From a virus, in the IMG/VR virus record IMGVR_UViG_3300045431_000601, positions 32,001 to 96,000 of that record: 64,000 bases of DNA; one strand, written 5' to 3'. Each line of letters begins with the position of its first letter. Within the stretch, counting starts at the first letter, position 1. Under the pieces are notes generated by a model. That model made no database searches. It worked only from the letters and a program-made list of their open reading frames with translations, and was not told the origin of the DNA. The position numbers were made by a program, and so were the translations under genes. Shown here piece by piece: positions 1-9,453 of this stretch.

Positions 1-534
1 GCAACAACAAAGCGCATTCATTGGTTTTGTACTTAAAATATATGGACGGTCTTCACATTGTTCGCAGAACCTATCTCCAAATTGAAAAAATATTTTTTTA
101 GATTCTTTGTCTAAACAATTGGGCAAATATCCTACTGGCAAAAATTTAGCTAATTTTCCTATTTTATTAATATCATCTGGAGCAATTCTAATATTATTTC
201 CAATTTGTATATTTGGCGGAGAAGAAACAATTCGAATTGAATTAGAATTAAAATATCCATAAATATTATCTACGCCCAAAGAAGAAGAATTTGTTATATT
301 AAAACTACTTTCATTGTTATTAGTTCTCGCAAAAACGGATTGTAAATTATATACATAGAAATAATCTAATGGACAACCTCCGCTATGCGGAAAAGGCAAA
401 GGGTCAAGAGAATCAATATATTTATGGTTAAATTGTAGCCTTAAATATTGCTCTTCATATTTAGCCCAACAAGGATCTCTTTTTAAGTCTTGTGCGGGTT
501 TTATTTTTCTAGATAGATCAATTTTGTTTTCCAT
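1..534 (-). CDS. Truncated ORF missed by the ORF track (MENKIDLSRK...RPYILSTKPMNALCCC, runs off the window); paralogue of the N-terminal domain of the collagen-like fibre proteins
   Basis: Manual translation from the ATG at 534 is open for 178 codons to the window edge. It is preceded by a GTGTAA motif and shares WAKY..Y..LQ and PY(I/V)L(S/T)T(K/R)P motifs with 24479..26407. Confidence 0.8.
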   Translation of the reverse strand, partial: MENKIDLSRKIKPAQDLKRDPCWAKYEEQYLRLQFNHKYIDSLDPLPFPHSGGCPLDYFYVYNLQSVFARTNNNESSFNITNSSSLGVDNIYGYFNSNSIRIVSSPPNIQIGNNIRIAPDDINKIGKLAKFLPVGYLPNCLDKESKKIFFQFGDRFCEQCEDRPYILSTKPMNALCCC

Positions 535-596
535 ATAAAGCTTATTAGAGTTTTACACTATACAGGTATATAATACAATTATATAATAATAAAAAA

Positions 597-2045
597 ATGG
601 ATATTTATCTAGCATTATTCTATAACACTTATTTAGGATCAGAATATAAAAAGAACTTAGATAATTTTATTAATACCTATAAGAGTATAGGTATTAAAGA
701 CGTATTTCTTTATACTGAAGAGAATTTGCCGCTTAAAAAAGAGCAAGAAGAATATTTTGAAAAATATAAACATAAAAGAGGATATGGATATTGGGCATGG
801 AAACCAATAGTTATAAGAGAAAGCTTGGCTAGAATTAAAGATAAAGACGTAGTCTTGTATCATGACGCAGGGAGAGAGCCCTATCTATATAATATAAAAT
901 ATAATATAAAACCATTGGTAGAAGAGGTAATAGAAAAATATGCTGGTATAGGCGTGCCTACTAGTCCATTTAAGCATATAGAATACTGCAAAAGAGATGC
1001 ATTTTATTATATGAAATGTGATGAGGAATTTTACTGGAACCTACCACAAGTATGCGCAACATGGAGCATATGGGAAAAAAATAGTCTTGTTTGGGATTTT
1101 GTTAATAACTGGCGTTACTATGCTTTTCATAAAAAAGAAATTATTACAGATGAACCAAATCAATCTGGGTTGGAAAATTTTAAACAATTTAAAGATCATA
1201 GACATGATCAAGCACTGCTAACTAATTTATTCTACTATTACAGTAGAATTCATAGAAAAATTAAACCACTCCCTCACGTTTGGGGATGGGAGAAAGATAT
1301 GAATAATCATCTTAGAAGATTTTATCCTCATATCAATAACAGAATAAAAAATGATATGCAGGTCGCGGCAATAACATTAAGATCAATTAAAGAAAGAGTA
1401 GAGAATGTTAAAGTTTTAAAAAATAAATTTGAAAAAATTAATTTAGAATTCAACACGATCCACGCAGTAGACAAAGCAAATTTAAGCGTTAGCGCAGATA
1501 TTCTAGGCAATAAAATAGTTAATTTTAATAATGCTCAAATAATTTATGACTCAAAAAAAGCTATAGAGAAACACGGTAGACACATTTCTAAAGGAGAAAT
1601 GGCTTGTATGCTATCTCATTTTCTTACTTGGAAAATTTTAGAACGATCTAATAAAAAATCATTTTTAATTATAGAAGACGATATTTTTTTAGAAGAGAAT
1701 GAGAACGAAGTTATAGATATTATAAATAATATTCCAGATTTTGATTCTTTTGATATATGTTATTTAAATGACAGACAAGAACATATTGTAAAAAAACAAA
1801 TAAACGAGTTTTACTATAAAATTGAAATAGATAAAAAGAAGGGATTATGGAGCCAGATGTTTAATGGCGCATACGGATATATTATAACTAAAAATGGAGT
1901 AAAAAAGTTACTTAAAACTTTTACTTTTTATTGTAATGCTGATGGATTTTTACATAGATGGATTTTTGAAGAAGATGTAACGGTTTTATCAACTTATCAA
2001 AAAATTATAAAACATCCTTATAATTTTTTAAGCGCAGTATCTTAA
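597..2045 (+). CDS. Two-domain glycosyltransferase-like protein with a C-terminal GT25 (Lex2B/LgtB-like) domain
   Basis: N-half has GYWAWKP..LYHDAG..HRHDQ; C-half has the GT25-type motifs GEMACMLSH, LIIEDD and GAYGYII. Confidence 0.7.
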   Translation: MDIYLALFYNTYLGSEYKKNLDNFINTYKSIGIKDVFLYTEENLPLKKEQEEYFEKYKHKRGYGYWAWKPIVIRESLARIKDKDVVLYHDAGREPYLYNIKYNIKPLVEEVIEKYAGIGVPTSPFKHIEYCKRDAFYYMKCDEEFYWNLPQVCATWSIWEKNSLVWDFVNNWRYYAFHKKEIITDEPNQSGLENFKQFKDHRHDQALLTNLFYYYSRIHRKIKPLPHVWGWEKDMNNHLRRFYPHINNRIKNDMQVAAITLRSIKERVENVKVLKNKFEKINLEFNTIHAVDKANLSVSADILGNKIVNFNNAQIIYDSKKAIEKHGRHISKGEMACMLSHFLTWKILERSNKKSFLIIEDDIFLEENENEVIDIINNIPDFDSFDICYLNDRQEHIVKKQINEFYYKIEIDKKKGLWSQMFNGAYGYIITKNGVKKLLKTFTFYCNADGFLHRWIFEEDVTVLSTYQKIIKHPYNFLSAVS

Positions 2046-3718
2046 TGAGAAAAATTTTCTTTTTAAATCCAGAAAATCATTTAGATTTTTATCATCCTAG
2101 GAATTATAAAGATCATTTAAAACTTACGAATTCAATTGGTTCAATTCAAGAGATAAGTAAAGAATTTAGTCTTCATTTTTACTGGAAAAACTTTAATATA
2201 GAATTCAATAAAAAGCACGCTTTATCTTTGAAAAGTGCAATCATTAGCCAAAATCTTTCTAAATGTAAAATAAAGTTGTGGTCAGACAAAGACATAACTA
2301 AAAACGAACATTTAAAGCCTCTTTTAAAATATATCGATTTTGAAATATGGGATATGGAAAAACAATTGAGATATTTTGGATTAGAAAAACTTTTAGAGCC
2401 ATTAGAAAAAGATTTTGGATGGTTAACTAGCGATATTTTTAGAATATTATGTCTTGGTTTATATGGAGGCATATATATAGACTTAGACAATTTTATATTA
2501 AAAGATTTATCCCCCTTGTCTGATTATGAATTTTCTTATTACGGCGGCACTCCACCAGAAATTCATCAATGGATAGGGGTAATGGGTATGGATAAAAATA
2601 GCATTTTTTTTAATAAATTACTTTATAATATTAAAAATTTAGAAATCATTCGTCCAAACGCAGAAGATTTAGGAAGATTTTTATTATTAAAGACGCGAAA
2701 TAATTTTAAAGAATATTCTATATTTCCTACAATATGGTTCGATGAAGATTTTGTAAACGGAGCGCTTCATCCAGAAGGTTTTAGCTTTACTAATAATTTT
2801 AAAAAAAATAAAAATAAATTTATAAATCCTACAGTTTTTACTTGGCATTGGCATAATCATTGGGATATCAGAGAAGAGCATGGTAGTAAATTTTTTGATT
2901 ATAAAGAAAGAACAGAAAAGCTTTTTAATGATAAGTTTAACAATATTAATTTTGTATTTTTTCCTAGGGTCAATAAAAAGATATACTGTTGGTGGCTTAA
3001 CAAAACAGAAATGAATCCAATTAGAAAAATTGGATACGAATCTATTGTTAAAAACTCTGGAGTGGAAGTTGAATTAATTACGTTAGATAATTTAAATAAG
3101 TATATTTTAAAAGACCATCCTCTGCACGAAGGCTTTCAATATCTTTCTGCAGTACATAAATCAGATTATTTAAGATCTTATTTTATGCATTTTTATGGGG
3201 GAGGACATTGTGATATTAAGCAATTAAAGTATTCTTGGGCTGAATCTTTTGAAAAATTAGAAAGACATTCAGACAAGATAGGTATTACTTCTTCAGCAGT
3301 ACATGGATCGTATATTAATAATCCAAATCTAAATCAATTTTTAAACAAAAACCTTCACAAATTAACAGCAAAAAATGTCTTTATTTTTAAGAAAAACACA
3401 AGCTTTACATTAGAATGGTATAAAACCACTCAAATGATTATGGACAGTATCTTAGAAAATTTAAAAAAATATCCCGCTCAATACAATAGGGATAGAAAAC
3501 TCTCTGAATACGGCAGGAATGGAACAATAGCTGACTTTGGACCAAAAGGACAAAGCTTTTTTAGAGAGGATTATTTCTATCCTTTAGGATGGGAAGAGCT
3601 GCACGCAGATTTTTTTTACCCTTTAATTTATAAATATAGAGATCAAATTTTATTAGGACTGCCTCAACAAGAGTTACATTTAGATTATGGAGGCGAAGTA
3701 ACAAAAGAAACATTATAG
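2045..3718 (+). CDS. Tandem GT32/capsular-synthesis-like glycosyltransferase (two DXD sugar-binding domains)
   Basis: SDIFRILCLGLYGGIYIDLD and SDYLRSYFMHFYGGGHCDIK both match the GT32 motif SD..R...L...GG.Y.D.D. Confidence 0.75.
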   Translation: MRKIFFLNPENHLDFYHPRNYKDHLKLTNSIGSIQEISKEFSLHFYWKNFNIEFNKKHALSLKSAIISQNLSKCKIKLWSDKDITKNEHLKPLLKYIDFEIWDMEKQLRYFGLEKLLEPLEKDFGWLTSDIFRILCLGLYGGIYIDLDNFILKDLSPLSDYEFSYYGGTPPEIHQWIGVMGMDKNSIFFNKLLYNIKNLEIIRPNAEDLGRFLLLKTRNNFKEYSIFPTIWFDEDFVNGALHPEGFSFTNNFKKNKNKFINPTVFTWHWHNHWDIREEHGSKFFDYKERTEKLFNDKFNNINFVFFPRVNKKIYCWWLNKTEMNPIRKIGYESIVKNSGVEVELITLDNLNKYILKDHPLHEGFQYLSAVHKSDYLRSYFMHFYGGGHCDIKQLKYSWAESFEKLERHSDKIGITSSAVHGSYINNPNLNQFLNKNLHKLTAKNVFIFKKNTSFTLEWYKTTQMIMDSILENLKKYPAQYNRDRKLSEYGRNGTIADFGPKGQSFFREDYFYPLGWEELHADFFYPLIYKYRDQILLGLPQQELHLDYGGEVTKETL

Positions 3719-3746
3719 GTTCTTGGTGTTTTTTATATAATAATTT

Positions 3747-4721
3747 ATGACAAATAAAAAAGCTTTAGTTTTTGGGGCCGGAGGATTTATTGGTACTAAT
3801 TTAGTTAAATATTTAAAAAATAAAAATTACTATGTTATTGGTGCAGATAAAAAATATTCAGAATTCGAAAGCACAAAAGCAGATGAATTTTTAATAGGTG
3901 ATTTAACAGAATATTCATTTGTCAAATTTTGCATCAGAGAGGAGATAGATGAGTTATATCAATTAGCAGCAGATATGGGTGGAGCTGGATATATATTTTC
4001 AAAACTTAATGATGCAAATGTAATGACAAATTCTGCGCTGATTAATTTAAATACCGCTAAAGAATCTGTTATTAAAAAAGTTAAAAAAGTTTTTTTTAGT
4101 TCTTCGGCTTGTATTTATCCAGAACATAATCAATTAGATCCAAATAACCCAAACTGCTCAGAGGAGTCTGCGTATCCCGCTGCCCCAGATAGTGAATACG
4201 GATGGGAGAAGTTGTTTTCTGAAAGGTTGTATTTATCTTACAATCGTAATCACGGCTTAGATATAAGAATAGGAAGATTCCATAATATATTTGGCCCACA
4301 AGGAACATATAAAGGAGGAAAAGAAAAAGCTCCCGCAGCGTTATGCAGAAAAATAGTAGAAGCTAAAGACGGCGGAAGTATAGAGATTTGGGGAGATGGA
4401 AAGCAAACCAGATCATTCTTATATATAGACGAATGCTTAGAAGCAGTAGAAAGATTAATGAATTCAAATTATATCTATCCAATTAATATTGGTTCTGATG
4501 AAATGGTTACCATAAATGATCTAGCGCAAAAAATAATATCTATAGCAAATAAAAAAATTAGTTTAAATCATATAGATGGTCCATTAGGAGTAAGAGGAAG
4601 AAATTCTGATAATAAATTAATTAAAGAAAAATTGAATTGGGCACCAAATCAAAAATTAGAAGATGGTTTATCTAAAACATACCAATGGATTAAAAAACAG
4701 GTAGAAAATGCCCCAGTATAA
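3747..4721 (+). CDS. NAD-dependent epimerase, GDP-mannose 3',5'-epimerase (GME)-like
   Basis: GAGGFIG Rossmann motif, LAADMGG, SSACIYP, YGWEK, RFHNIFGP, EKAPAALCRK, GVRGRNSDN. Confidence 0.85.
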   Translation: MTNKKALVFGAGGFIGTNLVKYLKNKNYYVIGADKKYSEFESTKADEFLIGDLTEYSFVKFCIREEIDELYQLAADMGGAGYIFSKLNDANVMTNSALINLNTAKESVIKKVKKVFFSSSACIYPEHNQLDPNNPNCSEESAYPAAPDSEYGWEKLFSERLYLSYNRNHGLDIRIGRFHNIFGPQGTYKGGKEKAPAALCRKIVEAKDGGSIEIWGDGKQTRSFLYIDECLEAVERLMNSNYIYPINIGSDEMVTINDLAQKIISIANKKISLNHIDGPLGVRGRNSDNKLIKEKLNWAPNQKLEDGLSKTYQWIKKQVENAPV

Positions 4722-5439
4722 AATATCTAGCTTTTGTTCTTTTTATAATAATGAGTTTTTTATAGAAGGATATTTAGAAAACGTGCTTGAACAGACTATG
4801 TTCAAAGAAATAGAGTTTGTTTTTCTGGATTGTAATTCCGCTCAAAACGAAAAAAAATATATTATTCCTTTAACAAAAAAATATTCAAATATATTGTATT
4901 ATAAGTTAGATAAAGATCCTGGTTTATTTGCCGGATGGAATTACGCTATAAAAAAATGCAACGCAAATCTTATATCAAATTGGAATACAGACGATAGAAG
5001 ATCAAAAGAAGGTTTTGAAATTCTATATAAAGCTTTTGAAAAAGATACGGATTTAGATGTAGCTTATGGAATAACTTATATATCTAGAAAACCAAACGAG
5101 AAATATTCCGATAATCAATTCAAAGAAGTTTACCCTTTTTTACCTCATAGTTTTGAGAATCTTATTGCAAATAATTCCCCACATTGTATGCCTTTATGGA
5201 AAAAATCTATACATGATAAATATGGATATTTTGATGAAACATACAAAGCATGTTCTGATGGAGATATGTGGCTTAAAGCTTGCGTAGGTGGAGCTAAAAT
5301 AAAACTAGTAAATCATCCCGTTGGATTATATTATCTGAATCCGAAAGGAAATTCTACTGATCAAGAAAGAATGGAAGAGCTTATAAACGAAGTGAAGTCT
5401 ATGAGAAAAAAGTATGCATTTTATAAAAAATCCATATAA
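4708..5439 (+). CDS. Glycosyltransferase family 2-like protein
   Basis: GT-A pattern: N-terminal S..YN, GLFAGWN, WNTDD, GYFDE...DGDMWL. Confidence 0.75.
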   Translation: MPQYKISSFCSFYNNEFFIEGYLENVLEQTMFKEIEFVFLDCNSAQNEKKYIIPLTKKYSNILYYKLDKDPGLFAGWNYAIKKCNANLISNWNTDDRRSKEGFEILYKAFEKDTDLDVAYGITYISRKPNEKYSDNQFKEVYPFLPHSFENLIANNSPHCMPLWKKSIHDKYGYFDETYKACSDGDMWLKACVGGAKIKLVNHPVGLYYLNPKGNSTDQERMEELINEVKSMRKKYAFYKKSI

Positions 5440-5448
5440 TCTTTATAT

Positions 5449-6117
5449 ATGGGAAAAAAAATAATATCATTTTCTCTTTGGGGCGATAAGCCTAGATACT
5501 GTGTAGGAGCAGTAAAAAACGCGAAATTAGCCAAGGAAATATATCCAGAGTGGATAGCTAGATTTTATATACATAAAAACGTAAACGAAGAGATTATTAA
5601 ACAAGTAAGGAATGAAAATGCGGAAGTTATTATAATGGAAGAATCAGAAGATTGGCGAGCAATGATGTGGAGATACTTAGTCGTTAAAGACCAAGAAGTA
5701 GACATTTTTATAAGTCGAGATGCCGACTCAAGGTTAGACGCAAGAGAAATGCGAGCCGTAAAAGAGTGGGAATCAAGCGACAAGATTTATCATATAATGA
5801 GAGACCATCCTTATCATGGATTTCCCATACTAGGAGGAATGTTTGGTTCAAAAAAAGAAGGATTCAAAACTATAAAAAACTCAATAGATATTGGCAAATT
5901 TGAAAATAATTATGGTACAGATTATTTATTTTTTGAACAGATCTTGTATCCAAGGATTAGAAATAATAGTCTTGTTCATGATGAATTTTTTGAAAAAAAA
6001 CCTTTTCCAACTTTAAGAATAAATTATCAATTTGTCGGTCAAATTTTTAACGAACACGACCAACCAAACGATACTGGCAGAAAAGCAATTATAAAATATT
6101 TTGAAAATTTAAAATGA
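5449..6117 (+). CDS. Putative GT-A-type glycan-modifying protein (ISFSLWG / RDADSR / HIMRDH family)
   Basis: DxD-containing RDADS motif; embedded in the sugar cluster. Exact family uncertain. Confidence 0.45.
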   Translation: MGKKIISFSLWGDKPRYCVGAVKNAKLAKEIYPEWIARFYIHKNVNEEIIKQVRNENAEVIIMEESEDWRAMMWRYLVVKDQEVDIFISRDADSRLDAREMRAVKEWESSDKIYHIMRDHPYHGFPILGGMFGSKKEGFKTIKNSIDIGKFENNYGTDYLFFEQILYPRIRNNSLVHDEFFEKKPFPTLRINYQFVGQIFNEHDQPNDTGRKAIIKYFENLK

Positions 6118-7163
6118 AAAAATGTATAGTTACTGGAGTTACGGGCCAAGATGGCTCCTACATGGTAGATTTTTTAATAAAAAATACTGATATGCTTATT
6201 TATGGTATGCGCAGAAGATCTTCTAACCCTAATTTTAAAAATATAGAACAGCACATAAATAATCCTAGATTTAAAACTATAATTGGAGATTTATCTGATA
6301 GCAATTCTATCGATGAAATTGTTAAAGAAATAGAACCAGATTATTTTATTAATTTTGCTGCGCAATCTTTTGTGGGTTCGAGTTGGCATATACCATTACA
6401 AACATTTGATACTGTAGCTTTAGGAACGTTAAGATGCCTAGAAGCTATAAGAAAATATTCGCCCCAATGTAGATTTTATTCCGCTGGATCTAGCGAAGAA
6501 ATGGGCAATGTTTTATATTCGCCTCAAGACTTAAAACACCCAATTAGACCGAGAAGTCCATATGGAGCAGCAAAAGCTTCAGCTAGACATATAACAAAAG
6601 TGTATAGAGAGTCGTATAATCTTTTTGCAATTCATTCGATATTGTATAATCACGAAAGCGAAAGAAGAGGGGAAGAATTTGTGACGAGAAAGATCACTAA
6701 AGGCGCAGCAAGAATAGCCAAAGCGATAAGCGAAAAGAAAGAATTTGATCCAATATATTTAGGAAATCTAGAAGCCAAAAGAGATTGGAGCCATGCGGAA
6801 GATTTTATTGAAGGCATTTGGCTCATGCTAAACCAAAAAGAACCGAAAGAATATATTTTATCTTCGGGAGAAACACACTCTGTAAAAGAATTTGTAACAA
6901 AATCTTTTAGTTTTGCTGGAATAAAAGAAACCATTTGGAGAGGAGAAGGAAAAAGTTTAGAGCTAGTACTGCCAGATTATTTAGTAATTGAGGGGTACGT
7001 CAAATCAAAAGTTCTAGTTCAGACAAAAAATGAATTTTATAGGCCAGCAGAAGTCGATCTTTTATTAGGAGACTCTAAAGAGGCTAGAGAAGAGTTGAAT
7101 TGGAGTCCAAAAAATTCTTTTGAAAAGCTAGCGCAAAGAATGGTATTAAAAGACCTAGAATAA
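6114..7163 (+). CDS. gmd: GDP-mannose 4,6-dehydratase
   Basis: TGVTGQDGSY, AAQSFV, RSPYGAAK, NHESERRGEEFVTRKIT, LGNLEAKRDW, YRPAEVDLLLGD. Confidence 0.93.
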   Translation: MKKCIVTGVTGQDGSYMVDFLIKNTDMLIYGMRRRSSNPNFKNIEQHINNPRFKTIIGDLSDSNSIDEIVKEIEPDYFINFAAQSFVGSSWHIPLQTFDTVALGTLRCLEAIRKYSPQCRFYSAGSSEEMGNVLYSPQDLKHPIRPRSPYGAAKASARHITKVYRESYNLFAIHSILYNHESERRGEEFVTRKITKGAARIAKAISEKKEFDPIYLGNLEAKRDWSHAEDFIEGIWLMLNQKEPKEYILSSGETHSVKEFVTKSFSFAGIKETIWRGEGKSLELVLPDYLVIEGYVKSKVLVQTKNEFYRPAEVDLLLGDSKEAREELNWSPKNSFEKLAQRMVLKDLE

Positions 7164-7196
7164 TAAAAGAAATTTTAAATAGACTAAATATAAAAA

Positions 7197-7226
7197 TTGA
7201 CAAATTTATAAATTTAGTTTTAAATT
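7197..7226 (+). promoter_or_regulatory. sigma70-type promoter (TTGACA ... TTAAAT/TAAATT)
   Basis: Perfect -35 at 7197-7202, AT-rich -10 17-18 nt downstream, GTG start at 7232. Confidence 0.55.
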
Positions 7227-7231
7227 ATTAG

Positions 7232-7594
7232 GTGAGAGATGATCATAGGCTTTGTCAATTTATAGTAAGTAAATATGTAAAAGAAAATATAAATTGGCCA
7301 AGAGAAATAAAAATAGCCCAAAAATTAACAGATAAATATACTGAATATAACTTCTGGAAGAATTGTAAAGACATTAAACTACCTAGTTTAGCGTGGTTTT
7401 TGACTGATAATGGTAAAAATTTCCTTGACTTTGAAGTTAAATTACAATCCTTAAAAGAAACCTTTCATATTTTAAATATAGAGTTAAAAGAAGAAAAGAT
7501 TGGGGAAGATAAAAATACTTGCCAAAAGCCTAAAAGCCTTATAGAATTTATAAGATTATGGGAAGAAAACCAAAAGAAGAAAATACAGCAGTAG
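7232..7594 (+). CDS. Hypothetical protein
   Basis: 120-aa ORF with GTG start directly behind a promoter; overlaps the recA start. Confidence 0.65.
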   Translation: MRDDHRLCQFIVSKYVKENINWPREIKIAQKLTDKYTEYNFWKNCKDIKLPSLAWFLTDNGKNFLDFEVKLQSLKETFHILNIELKEEKIGEDKNTCQKPKSLIEFIRLWEENQKKKIQQ

Positions 7595-8703
7595 TTAGCG
7601 GGGTATCTACCAACTCAAGACTATTGTCTTTTTTAAAAGAAAATAAAGAAGATCACTATAATTTTGAAGAAGAAATTTATTATAAAGTTTCTACAGGAAG
7701 TTTAAATTTAGACATAGCTACAGGAGGCGGACTTAGCCCAGGGCTACATAGGTTTCTTGGCATGAACGAAGGCGGTAAAACAAGCGAAGCACTAGAAGTG
7801 ACTAGGAACTTTCTTAAAACCGTAGATAATTCTAGAGCCTTTTTATTTAAAGCCGAAGGCAGATTAAGCAAAGAAATACAAGAGAGGTCTGGGATTAAAT
7901 TTATAACAAATCCAGAAGAATGGACAGATGGAACTTGCTTCGTATTTGAGTGCAATATTTTTGAAACAGTATCTGAATTAATGAAAGACTTAATACAAAA
8001 TAATGACGAAAATAAAAGATATATTTTTATATTAGATTCGGTTGACGGATTGATGACTAAAGGAGATAGTCAAAAGACTTTAAGCGAAGCAACAAAAGTA
8101 GCTGGTGGGGCGGTTATATCCTCAATGTTGATGAAGAAAATATCATTAGCATTATCAAAACGGGGTCATATGGCAATTTTTATAAGCCAAGTTAGGTCAG
8201 ACATAAAATTAGATCCATATGCGGCGAATAAAGAGGTTAGGCAAACTTCTGCGACAGGAGGCAACGCTCTACTCCATTTTGCTAATTGGATATTAGAGTT
8301 TGAACCGAGATATAATAAAGACTTGATCTTAGAAAAACCTAACGAAAAGTATGATCCTTTAAAAAATAAAATTGTAGGACATAGCGTTAAAATTACAATC
8401 AAAAAATCGACTAATGAAACCACAAATTCTAAGGTCCAATATCCTATTAAATACGGAAGAAAAGATGGCGGATCTATTTGGAAAGAATATGAAGTTATTG
8501 ATCAGATTTTAGCGTGGGAGTTTGCCACCGCAAAAGGAGCTTGGGTTACTTTTTCCGACGAAGTTATTGAAGAATTAAAAAAATCAAATATAGAGCTTAA
8601 AAAACAGCACCAAGGGATAGACAACTTAAGATCTTATTTAGAAGAAAATAAAGATATCACTAATTATTTTTACAATAAGCTTATTAATACCCTTGCATCA
8701 TGA
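7558..8703 (+). CDS. recA: RecA/UvsX-like recombinase
   Basis: STGSLNLDIATGGG, Walker A GMNEGGKTS, Walker B FILDSV, ISQVR, TGGNALLH. Confidence 0.9.
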   Translation: MGRKPKEENTAVVSGVSTNSRLLSFLKENKEDHYNFEEEIYYKVSTGSLNLDIATGGGLSPGLHRFLGMNEGGKTSEALEVTRNFLKTVDNSRAFLFKAEGRLSKEIQERSGIKFITNPEEWTDGTCFVFECNIFETVSELMKDLIQNNDENKRYIFILDSVDGLMTKGDSQKTLSEATKVAGGAVISSMLMKKISLALSKRGHMAIFISQVRSDIKLDPYAANKEVRQTSATGGNALLHFANWILEFEPRYNKDLILEKPNEKYDPLKNKIVGHSVKITIKKSTNETTNSKVQYPIKYGRKDGGSIWKEYEVIDQILAWEFATAKGAWVTFSDEVIEELKKSNIELKKQHQGIDNLRSYLEENKDITNYFYNKLINTLAS

Positions 8704-9119
8704 GACTTTTAAATATTAACGGGAAACTCGTTAATAAAAATGTAAGAAAAAATTTAATAAACTGGGAAGGCAAAAGCCGCAGCAAATTACAATTTCAATT
8801 TAAACAATTTTTTTATCCTTTATGGCAGAACCATATAGTATATGAAGAATTTCCTGTGTATGGAACAATGCTAAAGATAGATTTTTTAAATGCAACAAAA
8901 AAAATCGCTGTTGAGATACAAGGGGATCAGCACGAATCCTTTAATGAATTTTTTCATAATAAATCTAGGTTAAAATATTTAGAGAGTATTAAAAGAGACG
9001 TAAAAAAACAAGAATGGATTAAAATGAATAATTTTAAATTTTTAGAATTATACGAAGAAGATTTAAAAAATATATCGCCTAAATATATAGAAGAAAAATG
9101 CCAGATAAATATTATTTAA
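8700..9119 (+). CDS. PD-(D/E)XK endonuclease, DUF559/Vsr-like
   Basis: EEFPV..IDF..IAVEIQGDQH..RDVKK pattern. Confidence 0.65.
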   Translation: MRLLNINGKLVNKNVRKNLINWEGKSRSKLQFQFKQFFYPLWQNHIVYEEFPVYGTMLKIDFLNATKKIAVEIQGDQHESFNEFFHNKSRLKYLESIKRDVKKQEWIKMNNFKFLELYEEDLKNISPKYIEEKCQINII

Positions 9120-9125
9120 GTGTAA
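9120..9125 (+). promoter_or_regulatory. GTGTAA putative late-promoter motif (the only + strand copy seen upstream of a gene)
   Basis: Same motif and 9-nt spacing to the start codon as at several structural genes. Confidence 0.5.
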
Positions 9126-9134
9126 ACTGTTTTA

Positions 9135-9410
9135 GTGACAAATAAAAAGAAATTTAATTTTCCAGAATCGTTATTAAAACAATTAGATGAATGCAGTTTT
9201 GGTGGATATATCTTATTTAATTTTAATTCAAAAGGAGACCCTCAGGTTTTTACAAAATTTGATAATCAAATGAACGCCATGGCACTGCTTTATTACGTCG
9301 GATCATGGATAAGTACAGTAGACCAAATGAACGCAGAAGCTACAGCTGATGCGATTAATGAACAAACAAAAAATAAAGAAAGAAAAGAATCAGAAGAAGA
9401 CGAAGAATAA
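9135..9410 (+). CDS. Hypothetical protein with acidic C-tail
   Basis: 91-aa ORF filling the gap between the nuclease gene and the dnaB promoter. Confidence 0.65.
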   Translation: MTNKKKFNFPESLLKQLDECSFGGYILFNFNSKGDPQVFTKFDNQMNAMALLYYVGSWISTVDQMNAEATADAINEQTKNKERKESEEDEE

Positions 9411-9416
9411 GTTTGC

Positions 9417-9445
9417 TTGACTTTTGGAATATAAAAGATTATCAT
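9417..9445 (+). promoter_or_regulatory. sigma70-type promoter TTGACT-17-TATCAT
   Basis: -35 at 9417-9422, -10 at 9440-9445, ATG at 9454. Confidence 0.7.
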
Positions 9446-9453
9446 AAATAAGG

